A stretch of DNA of 64,000 nt. Origin: Podarcis vaucheri. Lineage: Eukaryota. Numbering within the stretch: the stretch's first letter is position 1; each line of letters begins with the position of its first letter. Shown here piece by piece: positions 62,451 through 64,000 of the stretch. A model generated the notes under the pieces. That model had not been told where the DNA came from. It made no database searches and worked only from the letters and a program-made list of their open reading frames with translations. The stretch lies in the NCBI GenBank assembly GCA_965113315.1, contig OZ220371.1; one strand, 5' to 3'. The translations under genes were made by a program, and so were the position numbers.

Positions 62451-64000
62451 ACTTTTGTGGCTGCCACTGTTGGATTACAGGCTTTCAGGCACCTCCTCGT
62501 GATCTCCAGGGATTGGGGAAGGAGATAAATCCTAGGGTGAGTCCCAGAACCAAGGTCCAAGAGTTTTTGCCATTAGCTTCCCCTCTGGCTCCACCAGGGT
62601 CTACCTATGAACCAGCATCTCCCATGTCTATCAGGTGCCATTTCTAACCCAGTCCTGATATTACCATGTTCTGCCCTTATCCTAACAGGCTCCACTCCTG
62701 GATCTGCCAGACATCTTTATCTCCCAGGCTCCACCTTCTGAGTCTTAGAAGATCTAGGAACCAGTCTTCTTCCCAACGCCGAAATCCTACTCTTCCTTTC
62801 ATCTGCTGCTGATCTGCTTTCTGAAGCAATTTCCCTTCCGCTGTTTTATGCTGCTGTTTTTGTATTATTTGTGATAATATCTTATCGCTATGGGATTTCT
62901 ACATTTGCACTGTAAACAATTCTGGTTTTATCTCCCACCTGCTACCAACCATACACACTTTTCTGGTTTCACCACTGCCTGTCACACTCGTTTTTTTTAA
63001 CCTTTCCATGGACACTGTGCTGCTCACATGTAACCATGGTTCTATCCAAGGATTTCTTGCACAATAGAATTTACCCTCCTATCTCCCCCTAAATCTGTTC
63101 TGAGGGTTCCCCCAACCCTCTGCGGCAGATTTAGAGAGGACATGGGGATTGGAAGGGGGGAATCCCCTTGCACAACAGAAAACTGACAGAACAAGTTTGC
63201 TGGATGCTCCCCTGTGTTAGCTTCTGAAGCAAGTTTGTTAGGAGATGTTGTAGAAGGTGCCTGGATAGCAGCTATTCTGTAAAAAATACCTCCAGATCAG
63301 TTGTGAGTGTAAAACATTTTCTTTCTTTCTTTCTTTCTTTTTTAAAAAACCAAACTCTAAGGTTAGCTTATTATCAAAATAGGCAGTTTGGGGTCCACTT
63401 GCACCAGAGTAAAAATGCATTGGCTGTCCAGTGTCTATTTAACACAGACACTTTCAGGATCAGGAAGCCCATTAACAGAGTTTTAAAAGCACATCCCCAA
63501 TGGGCAGAATAAGAACAGTGACTAAAATCAGTAACAGGTACCAGAAAATAAGACTGTTGGAGCGTATGGCAAGTAAAAACTGCTGGGACACCACAAACCT
63601 CACTTTCAGAGTGCAGCCTGTATGCGCAGCTTTTTGAGTGCATTTGGAATGTTGTTCACCAATGAAATTCAAATGTTTTCTATTTCATTTCTGTTGAGCA
63701 CAGCTTAATTTACATTTTCCGTGCCAGCCACTAATACCACAACTCTTGAGACACTATCATGCCATCAGTTTATGCAGCAACCCTCCATGGGAACCAGTTG
63801 AGGCTATGATTATGTTTGTTTTAATAGCAAAACAGACAAATAGATTTCTCAATCCCGTAGGCCTTTAAGCATGTATACACTAGCAATATACCAGCTAGAG
63901 AGGATTTAAAAATAAATTGTGCTAGTCCCTAGCTAATACACTGGCAGCGCAAAACTATCCATCTGCCTAATAAAAGATCTGAATATATGCTGTTCATTTG

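Overview
Vertebrate genomic DNA from a squamate reptile, most likely a lacertid lizard (Sauria SINEs, BovB, Squam3-like SINE, CR1, L2, Penelope). The only host gene is the 5' end of SLIT2 on the minus strand. It comprises a CpG-island promoter with CCAAT/GC/TATA boxes near 26.8 kb, a long GC-rich predicted 5' UTR, and coding exons 1-4 (25008-25198, 21508-21579, 20271-20342, 94-165). The gene continues beyond position 1. The rest is intron or upstream intergenic DNA rich in transposable elements. The most interesting signal is three solo LTRs from two diverged subfamilies. They share a ~140-codon ORF running from LTR nucleotide 5 to the TATA-like box, with many synonymous differences between subfamilies and a C-terminal RRRSARL motif. 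Also notable are a Penelope fragment carrying a minimal hammerhead ribozyme, a compound hAT insertion abutting the SLIT2 promoter, a BovB insertion with an apparent twin-priming inversion, and a nested TIR-bounded element. Repeat family names come from recognition of sequence hallmarks, not from a database search.
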